Of a stretch of DNA of 62,857 nucleotides, positions 53,199 through 62,214 are shown in pieces. The first letter of the stretch is position 1; the number at the start of each line of letters is the position of its first letter. The translations under genes were made by a program, and so were the position numbers. The notes beneath the pieces were generated by a model. The model was not told the DNA's origin. It saw only the letters and a program-made list of their open reading frames with translations, and searched no databases. The stretch is from Bacteroidales bacterium (lineage in GTDB: Bacteria > Bacteroidota > Bacteroidia > Bacteroidales > CAIWKO01), in NCBI GenBank assembly GCA_035389045.1, contig DAOORA010000021.1:1-62857 (forward strand). The letters are read 5' to 3'.

Positions 53199-53270
53199 GC
53201 TCAGTTGGTAGCCCCGCCAAGGCGGGGTCCCAAGCTGAGGGTCGTGGGTTCGATCCCCATTTACCGCTCA
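53199..53270 (+). pseudogene. Degenerate duplicate of tRNA-Gly with an inserted palindrome
   Basis: GCTCAGTTGGTAG + CCCCGCCAAGGCGGGG + 3' half identical to tRNA-Gly except one base. Confidence 0.8.
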
Positions 53271-53336
53271 AAAAGCCGGAACAATTTGTTCCGGCTTTTA
53301 TTTTTTATACTTTTGATGCTTTAATAATCATTTCTG

Positions 53337-54983
53337 ATGAGAAGGTTTTTATTTTTTATTGCCCTGATTAATCTTTTTAACTTTAATTGCCTCGCACAAT
53401 GCAGTACACCCGTGACCAAAATCATGGTGCTTGGCGACAGCTGGGCTTTTCTGAGCTGGTCCTTTAACTCATACAATGAGAATTTAGACCGATACGGATT
53501 TACCGATGTGAGGGCAAACAGCAACGCCAATATCAGTATTAACGGCGCTAAGGCCAGAAACTACTTTTCAGACCCGGCCACAAAGACAGCCATAATTAAT
53601 TTTCTGGCATCCAACCCGGATATTGAATTTTGTCATATAAGTCTCGGAGGCAATGATATCCTGGGAGATTGGAATGATACTATGACCGCGGCGGTGGAAG
53701 ATTCGCTGATTGGTGCCATAGTGTATAATTTAAAAAAAGATATTGACACGATACGCAGTCTTAAGCCGGGCCTGAAATTTCTTATCTCCGGTTATGATTA
53801 TCCGAATTTTGTTGAAACGGCGGGATTAAATCCTAATAACCCTTATTATGGTAACTGGACGGATATGGGACAGCCGGATGCCTTGAAAACCAATACAGTA
53901 CTTGCAAAGCTCACCCAATGTTATGTTGATTCGGCAGCTGCCTGGGATGATGTAAGTTTTGTAAATAATAATGGCCTGATGCAATGGATCTACGGTCAGA
54001 CCATCCCGTTGACCGTGCCGCCGTTCGGAACATATCCGCCTCATAGCGTATTGCTACCGGGAGGAGAAATGAATTATCCCAGTCCCAAAACTGCTATGAC
54101 CTTGTTTGGTAACGATGCGTTCCATCTTGACGATGTGCCTTTCGAATATTTTATTCAGCGTCATTTTGAAAAATACTATTGGTTTGCTTTGCGTAATCCC
54201 GATGTTTTCTTTGTGGCCGGTGATACTTTGTCAAACGGGAATGTCACTGCGGCCACATTCAGCACCGATGTGATCAAAACAGGAAAAAGCGCCGGTGATG
54301 AAATACATGGTATTGTGAGCTTTAACACGTCGTCATTGAATCCATCACTGGACATTGCATCGGCATCCATTTTTCTTAACAGGCATAACCTGAGTGGCTT
54401 TAACCTGGCGGGTTTGAATTTAACTCTTGAAATTAAAAAAGGTTTTTTCGGAGCCGGGCCACAGGTCGGCGCTGATGATTTTTCATGCAGCGGTGATACG
54501 TCTTTAGTGGCCTGTACCTTTGGTACGGTGGAAAACAATGGTTACTGGTTCCGGATTGATGTTCCGGAAGCCTTGTTACCCTTCATTAACAAATCAGGTT
54601 ACACCCAGTTCAAATTGAAATATAATGATGCAGGTACGGATAATTATTTCGAGTTCAGGAACTTTACCGACACGCTGAGCCTGCCCATATTGGATATCTG
54701 GTATGATTTTTCTACCAGTGTAAGTGAATATGGTAATGTTTTAAATGTTTTATTATATCCAAATCCTGCTACGGATTATGTTCATTTTTGCTTTGACGGC
54801 TCTGAAGTTGATGGGACTACCTTCGTCGAACTGGTCAATAGTAATGGCAGGGCAGTTTTAAGAAAAAATTTCGGTGCAACAAAAGGAATTATTAATACTT
54901 CGGATTTGCCGGCGGGTATTTATTATCTGATGCTTACGCATAGCGGGAGACGTTGTTGTAGTAAAATTGCTGTGGTCAGGTGA
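53337..54983 (+). CDS. SGNH/GDSL-like hydrolase with T9SS type A CTD
   Basis: VLGDSW, SLGGND, SGYDY, DAFHL; C-terminal LYPNPA...LPAGIYYL. Confidence 0.85.
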   Translation: MRRFLFFIALINLFNFNCLAQCSTPVTKIMVLGDSWAFLSWSFNSYNENLDRYGFTDVRANSNANISINGAKARNYFSDPATKTAIINFLASNPDIEFCHISLGGNDILGDWNDTMTAAVEDSLIGAIVYNLKKDIDTIRSLKPGLKFLISGYDYPNFVETAGLNPNNPYYGNWTDMGQPDALKTNTVLAKLTQCYVDSAAAWDDVSFVNNNGLMQWIYGQTIPLTVPPFGTYPPHSVLLPGGEMNYPSPKTAMTLFGNDAFHLDDVPFEYFIQRHFEKYYWFALRNPDVFFVAGDTLSNGNVTAATFSTDVIKTGKSAGDEIHGIVSFNTSSLNPSLDIASASIFLNRHNLSGFNLAGLNLTLEIKKGFFGAGPQVGADDFSCSGDTSLVACTFGTVENNGYWFRIDVPEALLPFINKSGYTQFKLKYNDAGTDNYFEFRNFTDTLSLPILDIWYDFSTSVSEYGNVLNVLLYPNPATDYVHFCFDGSEVDGTTFVELVNSNGRAVLRKNFGATKGIINTSDLPAGIYYLMLTHSGRRCCSKIAVVR

Positions 54984-54989
54984 GAAGTT

Positions 54990-55110
54990 GATTAGGTGAT
55001 TGGGTGATTAGGTGATTAGGTGATCGAGAGATTGAGAGATCGAGAGATTGAGAGATTAAGAGATTGAGAGATTAGGAGATTGAGAGATTAGGAGATTGAG
55101 AGATTGAGAG
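54990..55110 (+). repeat. 8-9 bp tandem repeat (GATTAGGT changing to GATTGAGA), ~15 units
   Basis: Read directly. Confidence 0.9.
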
Positions 55111-55191
55111 TAGGTCGGTGAGTATGATTTTTTATTTTTCCTTAGGTTTAATTTTTTTGAAGATAAATATTAGTTTTGCACTTCAATTTAT

Positions 55192-55280
55192 GGAGAGGTG
55201 GCAGAGTGGTCGATTGCGGCGGTCTCGAAAACCGTTGTTCGCCGTAAGGCGGACCGGGGGTTCGAATCCCCCCTTCTCCG
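55192..55280 (+). tRNA. tRNA-Ser(CGA)
   Basis: GGAGAGG/CTTCTCC acceptor, anticodon loop CTCGAAA, long variable arm, GGTTCGAATC; TAGTTTTG promoter element at 55171. Confidence 0.95.
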
Positions 55281-55374
55281 CTGAAACATTAAAATCCGGC
55301 TTTAGCCGGTTTTTTTGTTTTCGGGATATGCTGATCGTGGTTGAATTTGTGGTTATGCCATTATTGAAACTCTA

Positions 55375-56268
55375 TTATTGATGCTCACTGAATTGGAGTC
55401 GGTGTCTGTCTAAATAATCAAAATTATATTGACTTAAATTGTTAATCTTTTCAGTGCCCGTAACACCAATTTTTTCATATGCTTTAAATTCTATGGCGTT
55501 CGATAATATAATTTTTCCTGAGTTTTCAAAACTGATAAGGTGTCTGTCAAATAAAGCATCATAAGTCGGGGATAAAAGTATTCCATTGTGCACGTCAAGC
55601 CGTTCATTATCATCTGAATCAGACCAGGGAACAATGTGTGAAGCAATTAATACATCAAGCTTATCAAAACCAGTGACAGCACATTTATACTCCCACCTAT
55701 GTATAATTCGTTTTCTATAAGCCCCTTGTCCTACACGTGAGGTCACTAAGCCGGACCTCTCTGTTACGTTGGGTGGAGAAATGCCGAGCTCCAGCAGGGG
55801 TTCTGCTACCATTAGTTTTTGATTAAACAAATCTGGTTGTACGGGCACATAGGCTCCCTTTCTTTTGAAAAAGAATTTAATCCCTACACGAAGGTTCCCA
55901 CCTGTGTCATGGGTTTCAAAATAATCAAAATCGAATATTTCCACTTCAGATTTAAACCGGACGTATCCTTTGGTCTCGCTCTCAAAAAGAAAAACCCGTT
56001 TACCGTGATTAAGATGTTCTCTTAAAGCAAGATTACCTTTTGTGAATTGCATATCACCTGATTGACCTTCTCCGGTATATGTAAAAATATTAGGATTATC
56101 CCAGCCATCAGCATAACCATGTTGTTTGCCGGATTTTCCAGTAAATATAAAGATATATGGGTATTTTGAAGAAGGACAAATACCACCTTGCCAATTCCCA
56201 CCGTAAATAGCATGAATATCATTTCTTCTATTATAGATATGTTCAGGAATGAATGGTATTTGATTCAC
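55375..56268 (-). CDS. SRA-like + HNH endonuclease (putative type IV modification-dependent restriction)
   Basis: IH..YGG..QGGI, HGY.DGW, YTGEGQ.GDM...GN; HNH CAVTG...ASHIVPW...NGILL...D.LFD. Confidence 0.85.
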   Translation of the reverse strand: MNQIPFIPEHIYNRRNDIHAIYGGNWQGGICPSSKYPYIFIFTGKSGKQHGYADGWDNPNIFTYTGEGQSGDMQFTKGNLALREHLNHGKRVFLFESETKGYVRFKSEVEIFDFDYFETHDTGGNLRVGIKFFFKRKGAYVPVQPDLFNQKLMVAEPLLELGISPPNVTERSGLVTSRVGQGAYRKRIIHRWEYKCAVTGFDKLDVLIASHIVPWSDSDDNERLDVHNGILLSPTYDALFDRHLISFENSGKIILSNAIEFKAYEKIGVTGTEKINNLSQYNFDYLDRHRLQFSEHQ

Positions 56269-56282
56269 TGGTTAGTTACTTT

Positions 56283-59264
56283 TCAATAATACTCTTTTAT
56301 ATACTCATACGCCCGGTTAAACAAATCTTCGTCTTTAATCTGGTACTTTGTCCACAGGACTTTTCTGAGTTCTCGTTTTACTTCACGTTCCCCTACTGTG
56401 GAATGTTGCCAGCCATCAAATCGAACATAGCGAACGATCTCATCAATGTCATTTACAATTCGCTCAACTATGGCAGGGGTTGTATCCGTTTTAAGTTCAA
56501 GGAAAAGCTCGGTGAGAGCGGCTTTTGCAGATTTCTGTACTTCCAGCGGCTCCGATTGCTTTTCGGCCTGGAGTGTTTCTTTTGCAATCTGGCAAAGTTC
56601 TTTAATGAATTCAATTGAGTTGATCAATCCTCTTTCAGCCTTATCCCGTAATTCTTCCAGTCGTTCGCTAAGTTTTTTGAACGTTGGATGATTTCCATGT
56701 TTGTGTAATCTGCTGATGAGTATTTTCATTATTTTCTCAGCTTGCTTCGGGTCTTTCTTGTTCATCAATTCATCCAGCACTTCCGCATCGAGTATGACTT
56801 CTTCCATTTCATGATTGATTCCAGTTACATGGATGTGCTCATGGATCAAAGCAGTTGTCTGAGCTCCCAGTGCGTGCCATAATAAACGGCCATTATCATC
56901 TGAGGCCGGCTTAACGGAGGTGTAAACCTGGGACAGCCACCTGTAATTTTTTTGGTACTGGTTAAGTAGGTCATCCGGGGACAAGGCTTCCCAAAGCTTT
57001 GAAAGGCTGCTGAAGTCTTTCGCAAACGCATCTCTTTTCTGATTGGTGTTGATACAATCCTGTGCTTTCTGTAAACCTTCAAAACCCGCAATAGTCCTGT
57101 CAATGCCGGGAAAATGTGCAATACATTTATCCATCCATTCAGGTAGCTTATCTTTCAACTCCTGCAAATTTGTTATGACGGCTTTTACACTTTCTTCGTC
57201 AAATGCAAGAGCTTTCGCTGTATCATCAAATACTCCGAAATAATCTACAATTCTGCCAAAGGTCTTATTCGGAAAAAGCCTGTTGGTTCTGCATATTGCC
57301 TGCAACAGCGTATGGTCTTTAAGAGATTTGTCCAGATACATTGTCTGTAAAATCGGCGAATCAAAGCCGGTAAGAAGTTTAGCCGTAACAATCAGAAATT
57401 TGAGGGGTGATTCAGGATCATTGAATTTTTCAACCACTTTTTCCTGTTTATCCTTGTCCATTCCCCATTTCTGCTTGAATTCGAGTTCATCATTTGCAGA
57501 TGTGCTGATTACAACTTCACTCGCATCAGGTGAAAGCAGTTTGTCAAGCTCATCTTTATAAAGGATGCAGGCAAATCTGTCCGGGGTTACAATCATAGCC
57601 TTTAATCCTTCCGGCTCCACATGCTGCTTAAAGTGTTCAATAATATCCTCACAAATAGTTTTCACTCGTTCAGGTGATTTCAGGAATACCGACATTTTCG
57701 CCGCCTTTTGACTTAGCTTGTTTCTGTCGTCATCACTCAGATCATTGGCCATCTCTTTGAACGCAATATCCAGGCATTCTTTATCAATGTGATAGTCGGG
57801 GAGGCGTGGCTCAAAATGGAGAGGCAATGTGGCATTGTCCCTGATACTTTCCTGAAAGGTGTACCTGCTCATATACCCATCCGTGTCTTCATCTGCTCCA
57901 AAAGCCCAGAACGTATTCTTATCTGCCCGGTTGATGGGTGTTCCGGTGAGACCAAATAAAAATGAGTTCGGCAAAGCGGCTCTCATTTTTCTTCCAAGAT
58001 CACCTTCCTGCGTTCTGTGGGCTTCATCCACCATTACAATGATATTCTCCCTGGTATTCATATTGGGATAGGATTCCTTGAATTTATGAATCATTGTGAT
58101 AATGATTTTTCTTGAATCCTGCTCGAGTAGTTTATGAAGTTCCCTGATACTATCAGTTGTTACCATGTTCGGGACTTCAGCGGTATTGAATGTTGCAGCA
58201 ATTTGCGTATCCAGATCAACCCGATCAACTACAATGATTACGGTGGGATTATTCAGAGCCTGCTGTTTGCGGAGCTTTTGTGCCGCAAATAACATCAATA
58301 ATGATTTGCCGGAACCCTGAAAATGCCAGATAAGTCCTTTCTTAATCCTGCCGTCTTTCACTCGTTCAACGATAGCGTTGGCGCCCTCATATTGCTGGTA
58401 ACGACACACAACTTTTATCTTTTTCTTTTTGGTGTTTGTGGCATAAACGGTGAAGAATTGGAGGATGTCAAGCAGTGTTGACGGCTTTAACAGATGGGTA
58501 AGTTGTTTGGCCACATCATCCAGGCTAAGCAGGTGGCTTATTTCGTCCTTTTCATGTTCTAAACGCCAGGGAGCCCAAAACTCTAAAGGTGTCCTTACGG
58601 CCCCGATAAAAATCTCTTTCCCTTCTGTTGCAAAGGAAAACACATTAGGAACAAATAGCTGCGGTATAGTGTTCTCATAGATTACGTTGATATCATGTGC
58701 AGCATCGTACCAGCTTATGGCAGGGCGTACAGGTGTTTTGGCTTCGCCAACAACAAGAGGAATACCGTTCACAAACATAACGATGTCAGGTATTTTAACT
58801 TCCCTGACTTTCATTTTAAACTGATTAGTGAGAAGAAAAGAATTCTGAGCTAAATCTTCATAATCGATCAACTTTACAATAACATGTTCATTGTTTTTGC
58901 CAATAGGTAAAGACACTTCATTGCGCAGCCACTTTGAAAACTCCTCATTAGCCCTTACAAGGCCAACATTGTGCACGGTAATTAGTATTGCACGGAGTTT
59001 ATGAATAACATCATCAGCTTTATCCGGATTTGCTTGAATTTGAGGGTTCAGTTTGCAAAGCGCCTTTTTTAATTCAGATTCTAAAAGGACATCGGTTGTA
59101 TCTCTCGGAAGTAAATCAGGCTGAATATAATTCCATTTTGCTGCATCTCCATAAGCAACCGGTTCTTCATTCACAGTTCCGGAAGCCGTTACATTATTCA
59201 GGTTAACACCGGTTAATTGGTGAATCAGAAAATGTTCGACACTATTTTGTTCGTTGAAAGACAT
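56283..59264 (-). CDS. hsdR: Type I restriction enzyme R subunit
   Basis: PDIVMFVNGIPLVVGEAK, WHFQGSGKS, DEAHR, TGTP, LLTGFD, LLQAICRTNR. Confidence 0.97.
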   Translation of the reverse strand: MSFNEQNSVEHFLIHQLTGVNLNNVTASGTVNEEPVAYGDAAKWNYIQPDLLPRDTTDVLLESELKKALCKLNPQIQANPDKADDVIHKLRAILITVHNVGLVRANEEFSKWLRNEVSLPIGKNNEHVIVKLIDYEDLAQNSFLLTNQFKMKVREVKIPDIVMFVNGIPLVVGEAKTPVRPAISWYDAAHDINVIYENTIPQLFVPNVFSFATEGKEIFIGAVRTPLEFWAPWRLEHEKDEISHLLSLDDVAKQLTHLLKPSTLLDILQFFTVYATNTKKKKIKVVCRYQQYEGANAIVERVKDGRIKKGLIWHFQGSGKSLLMLFAAQKLRKQQALNNPTVIIVVDRVDLDTQIAATFNTAEVPNMVTTDSIRELHKLLEQDSRKIIITMIHKFKESYPNMNTRENIIVMVDEAHRTQEGDLGRKMRAALPNSFLFGLTGTPINRADKNTFWAFGADEDTDGYMSRYTFQESIRDNATLPLHFEPRLPDYHIDKECLDIAFKEMANDLSDDDRNKLSQKAAKMSVFLKSPERVKTICEDIIEHFKQHVEPEGLKAMIVTPDRFACILYKDELDKLLSPDASEVVISTSANDELEFKQKWGMDKDKQEKVVEKFNDPESPLKFLIVTAKLLTGFDSPILQTMYLDKSLKDHTLLQAICRTNRLFPNKTFGRIVDYFGVFDDTAKALAFDEESVKAVITNLQELKDKLPEWMDKCIAHFPGIDRTIAGFEGLQKAQDCINTNQKRDAFAKDFSSLSKLWEALSPDDLLNQYQKNYRWLSQVYTSVKPASDDNGRLLWHALGAQTTALIHEHIHVTGINHEMEEVILDAEVLDELMNKKDPKQAEKIMKILISRLHKHGNHPTFKKLSERLEELRDKAERGLINSIEFIKELCQIAKETLQAEKQSEPLEVQKSAKAALTELFLELKTDTTPAIVERIVNDIDEIVRYVRFDGWQHSTVGEREVKRELRKVLWTKYQIKDEDLFNRAYEYIKEYY

Positions 59265-59768
59265 TTATTCTATAATGATTTCTGCATCAAACTGAATTCT
59301 CATGTTATATTTTGAACTAAAATATTGACGTTGTTCAGCGTTTGAGTTCTGAAATGCAGGGAACTGATGTTTTCTATTAGCTACAATTGCTTTACGTTTT
59401 TTAAAATGGTAATAGATATCGGGTATTTCTTCAATCATTTTTTTTGCAATATTTTCTATCTGGGATAGTCCTTCAGATTGCCACGAATCTCTTTTATTCT
59501 TTAATTCTACAAATAAAAGCGTTGAATTATACGAAAGCATGCAATCACAACGACTATCCATTTCCCCATTTTCTCTATAAACGTCAATACAGTTGTCGAT
59601 GGCAGTAAAACTAATCGTCCTGCATTCAGTATTAAGAATGGTTGCATTCCATGAGGGCTCATCAGTTAGTTTTATTTTTACTGGAGTTTTGTCCTCCGCA
59701 TCATACAAGCCGAATTTCTTTTCGCTTGTTGTTTTTTGACAAACAGTCTTAAAGAAATCTATGCTCAT
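59265..59768 (-). CDS. Hypothetical protein, PD-(D/E)xK-like, partner of AAA ATPase
   Basis: RCDCML...LFVELK...LSQI; 4-bp overlap with the ATPase gene. Confidence 0.65.
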   Translation of the reverse strand: MSIDFFKTVCQKTTSEKKFGLYDAEDKTPVKIKLTDEPSWNATILNTECRTISFTAIDNCIDVYRENGEMDSRCDCMLSYNSTLLFVELKNKRDSWQSEGLSQIENIAKKMIEEIPDIYYHFKKRKAIVANRKHQFPAFQNSNAEQRQYFSSKYNMRIQFDAEIIIE

Positions 59769-60997
59769 AATCCTTCTTCAATGTCTAATAGTGAATCAAA
59801 TAAGAGGTTACCGTCTGCAAGTGATTGGTTCAAATAGTTTTTATCCAATGGAATGCCTTCGAAATTTCCAAGTTTCTTGATTGTACCATTACTCTCATCC
59901 AATTCGTAAATGGCAATTTCTTTAGGAGAAATAATTGACTTTATTGGGACTATCTCATTTAGCTTAATTGATTCTTCAGTGTTTTTTACTTTTTTTTCTA
60001 CAGTGAAGGCTTTTATCGCTAATGTCAAATAATTTATCAAATAGGGACTATGAGTTGTCATTATTAATTTGTTTCCTTCGTTCATGTTATTAAATTCAAG
60101 CAAACTGTTCAGCATTTGTCTTTGTGATGCAGGAAACAAATTTTGTTCGGGTTCTTCAATAATATTAACAAATAATCCATTACGATATTTGTTGGGTATT
60201 GTTTTTAATAAAAATCTCTTCACTTCGTCAGGCATGGCTGCATCCTTTATAATCTCCTCAACTTCTTTTTGCATTTTCTTTTGAGCCTCATAACTCATTT
60301 CATTTATAGTCGGATCTTTTTCTTTTTTAATTGAGTTTGCAAGATTTTTTGAAACTAAAAAAAGTGGCACAAAAGATTGAAACCCGCTCGAAGTTTCGGA
60401 TAATTTTAGTTTATATCCACTTCCAATTACATTAGCAGTTTCATTAAGTTTATCAAAATAAAATTTAGCTTTACCAATCGGCAATTCAAGACTATCTGAT
60501 AGTTCATTTTGAGAACGTTCCATCTCTTCAATAAAAGTAAAGAGTGATTTTGGAAGTTCTGGTATTTTTCGGAGATTACGTAGTTTAACAGCACTTGAAA
60601 AATTCCTCTCAGCAGGTACATACATTATTTTCGGAAGGACATATTGCTTACTTATCCTTCCAACTATTTTAAATCTTTCTTTTTTATAAGTGAATGTAAA
60701 TGACTCTCCCTCAAATTCTATACTCGTACTGCCATCCTTTTGAAAGTAATTTAATAAGTTGTGATAAGCACAAAGGTTTTCAAATGTATTTTTATATTCA
60801 ATTTTTTTTCGTAGCAAATCTCCTCTTACCAACGCCTTTTCAATCCATGTCAGAGTCGAAATCAACTTTGCCACAGTGCTTTTGCCCGAGCCCTGATTCC
60901 CTATAAAAACAGTAACCTTTTTCACATCAATCCAGCCATCATTATCAATGCATCCTTTTTTGACAGGTCCAAAATTTTTTATTTTTATTCTGCTCAT
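59765..60997 (-). CDS. AAA_15/AAA_21-type (ABC-like) ATPase
   Basis: IKNFGP, GNQGSGKST, YVPAER, SSGFQS, IEEPEQNLFP, TTHSPY. Confidence 0.9.
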   Translation of the reverse strand: MSRIKIKNFGPVKKGCIDNDGWIDVKKVTVFIGNQGSGKSTVAKLISTLTWIEKALVRGDLLRKKIEYKNTFENLCAYHNLLNYFQKDGSTSIEFEGESFTFTYKKERFKIVGRISKQYVLPKIMYVPAERNFSSAVKLRNLRKIPELPKSLFTFIEEMERSQNELSDSLELPIGKAKFYFDKLNETANVIGSGYKLKLSETSSGFQSFVPLFLVSKNLANSIKKEKDPTINEMSYEAQKKMQKEVEEIIKDAAMPDEVKRFLLKTIPNKYRNGLFVNIIEEPEQNLFPASQRQMLNSLLEFNNMNEGNKLIMTTHSPYLINYLTLAIKAFTVEKKVKNTEESIKLNEIVPIKSIISPKEIAIYELDESNGTIKKLGNFEGIPLDKNYLNQSLADGNLLFDSLLDIEEGL

Positions 60998-61029
60998 TTT
61001 GTAAAACTTTATAATACAAATTTAATCAT

Positions 61030-62214
61030 TTACCCCAAAATTTCATTCAGCAATTTCTGCTTCAAATTCTTCAGGGTTTGCTTTTGTTGTTTTAGCTGCT
61101 TCATTGTAAGGTCAATTTGTGCAAACACTTCCAGGATTTTTTCCTGCGTTTTTATATCCGGTATACACACTTCCATTTCTGCTAAATCCTTCCATTTTGT
61201 TCTTGGCGAAAGCGAGCCTGCAGAAGTACTAACCGCATGATAAATAAATGCTTCCGATGAAATGTAATAAGGTAATAACCCTTGAAGTAAAGATTTCCCC
61301 TTACTTCTGATTACGATAATGTCCCCGGAACAAATTCCATCAAAATCTGCCACTGCAACCTTTTTTAAGTAAGCTCTGCGTTTGCCGAACAATACATCAC
61401 CTTTGGCAAATCGTTTAGTAAAAGTTGTTCCGTTTGAAACTAATCCGAATCCCTGAATCTGGAAATTCTCAGGTTCAATATTTTCTAAACCAATAAATCG
61501 TTCAACTTCTTTATTGTGCTCCGGATATTTTTTATCACATTCTGCAATGGCTTCAAAGGTGGCGGTTTTACAGTTGTTGTCATTCAATAAGTTACCGAAC
61601 TCAGGTGTGGGCTTCATTAAACCATCAACTAAATTTTTTTGTAGTGATTTTAAATTCCGTTCCTGCCCATCCACCTGCTCAATGACATTCTCAATACTCT
61701 GAAATAATTCTGCAATTTGTTTTTGCTCTTCGAGAGGGGGAAGGGGAATTTGGAAATCATAAAAACCACTAATTTTCAAATGCTTTACATTAGTGCCTTG
61801 TGAAAATTGCTTTATAAATTTTCTGTATTCATTTGATTGAAGAAAGCAATAACATAAAAAAGGTATTATGTCATCTTTACTAAAATCAATTTTCCCTAAA
61901 TCAGCTGAGTAAGCTGTTTTTTCATTTTGTGTAATTAATAAGGGAGAACCTATTAATTCAGACGTTGGGGTTAAATCGGTTAATGCGATTAAAATATCAT
62001 CTTTATTTGTCAGTTGTTTCTCTTTAATAGCACCTAAAAAATATTTAAAATCTTTATCCTTTGAGTTATCACCATTTCTTTTTACAGATTTTAAATTGTA
62101 AAATGGAACTCCAACACCATCTCCTAATTCACTACTTGAATAAGTCAAACCTCTTTGGAGAATACATATTTCACCAATTCTTATTCTTTCCCATTTATCT
62201 TTTCTCAACTTCAT
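61030..62214 (-). CDS. hsdS: Type I R-M specificity subunit
   Basis: Two TRDs; IPLPPLEEQKQI and IPD..TQ..I conserved helices. Confidence 0.93.
   Translation of the reverse strand: MKLRKDKWERIRIGEICILQRGLTYSSSELGDGVGVPFYNLKSVKRNGDNSKDKDFKYFLGAIKEKQLTNKDDILIALTDLTPTSELIGSPLLITQNEKTAYSADLGKIDFSKDDIIPFLCYCFLQSNEYRKFIKQFSQGTNVKHLKISGFYDFQIPLPPLEEQKQIAELFQSIENVIEQVDGQERNLKSLQKNLVDGLMKPTPEFGNLLNDNNCKTATFEAIAECDKKYPEHNKEVERFIGLENIEPENFQIQGFGLVSNGTTFTKRFAKGDVLFGKRRAYLKKVAVADFDGICSGDIIVIRSKGKSLLQGLLPYYISSEAFIYHAVSTSAGSLSPRTKWKDLAEMEVCIPDIKTQEKILEVFAQIDLTMKQLKQQKQTLKNLKQKLLNEILG

Noticed and set aside
53060..53371. 103-aa and 73-aa ORFs with internal repeats
   Set aside because: They are translations of tRNA-Gly and its duplicate.
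54990..55110. CRISPR array
   Set aside because: Units are 8-9 bp with no spacers; no cas genes in the window.
55118..55381. 87-aa ORF
   Set aside because: Overlaps tRNA-Ser.
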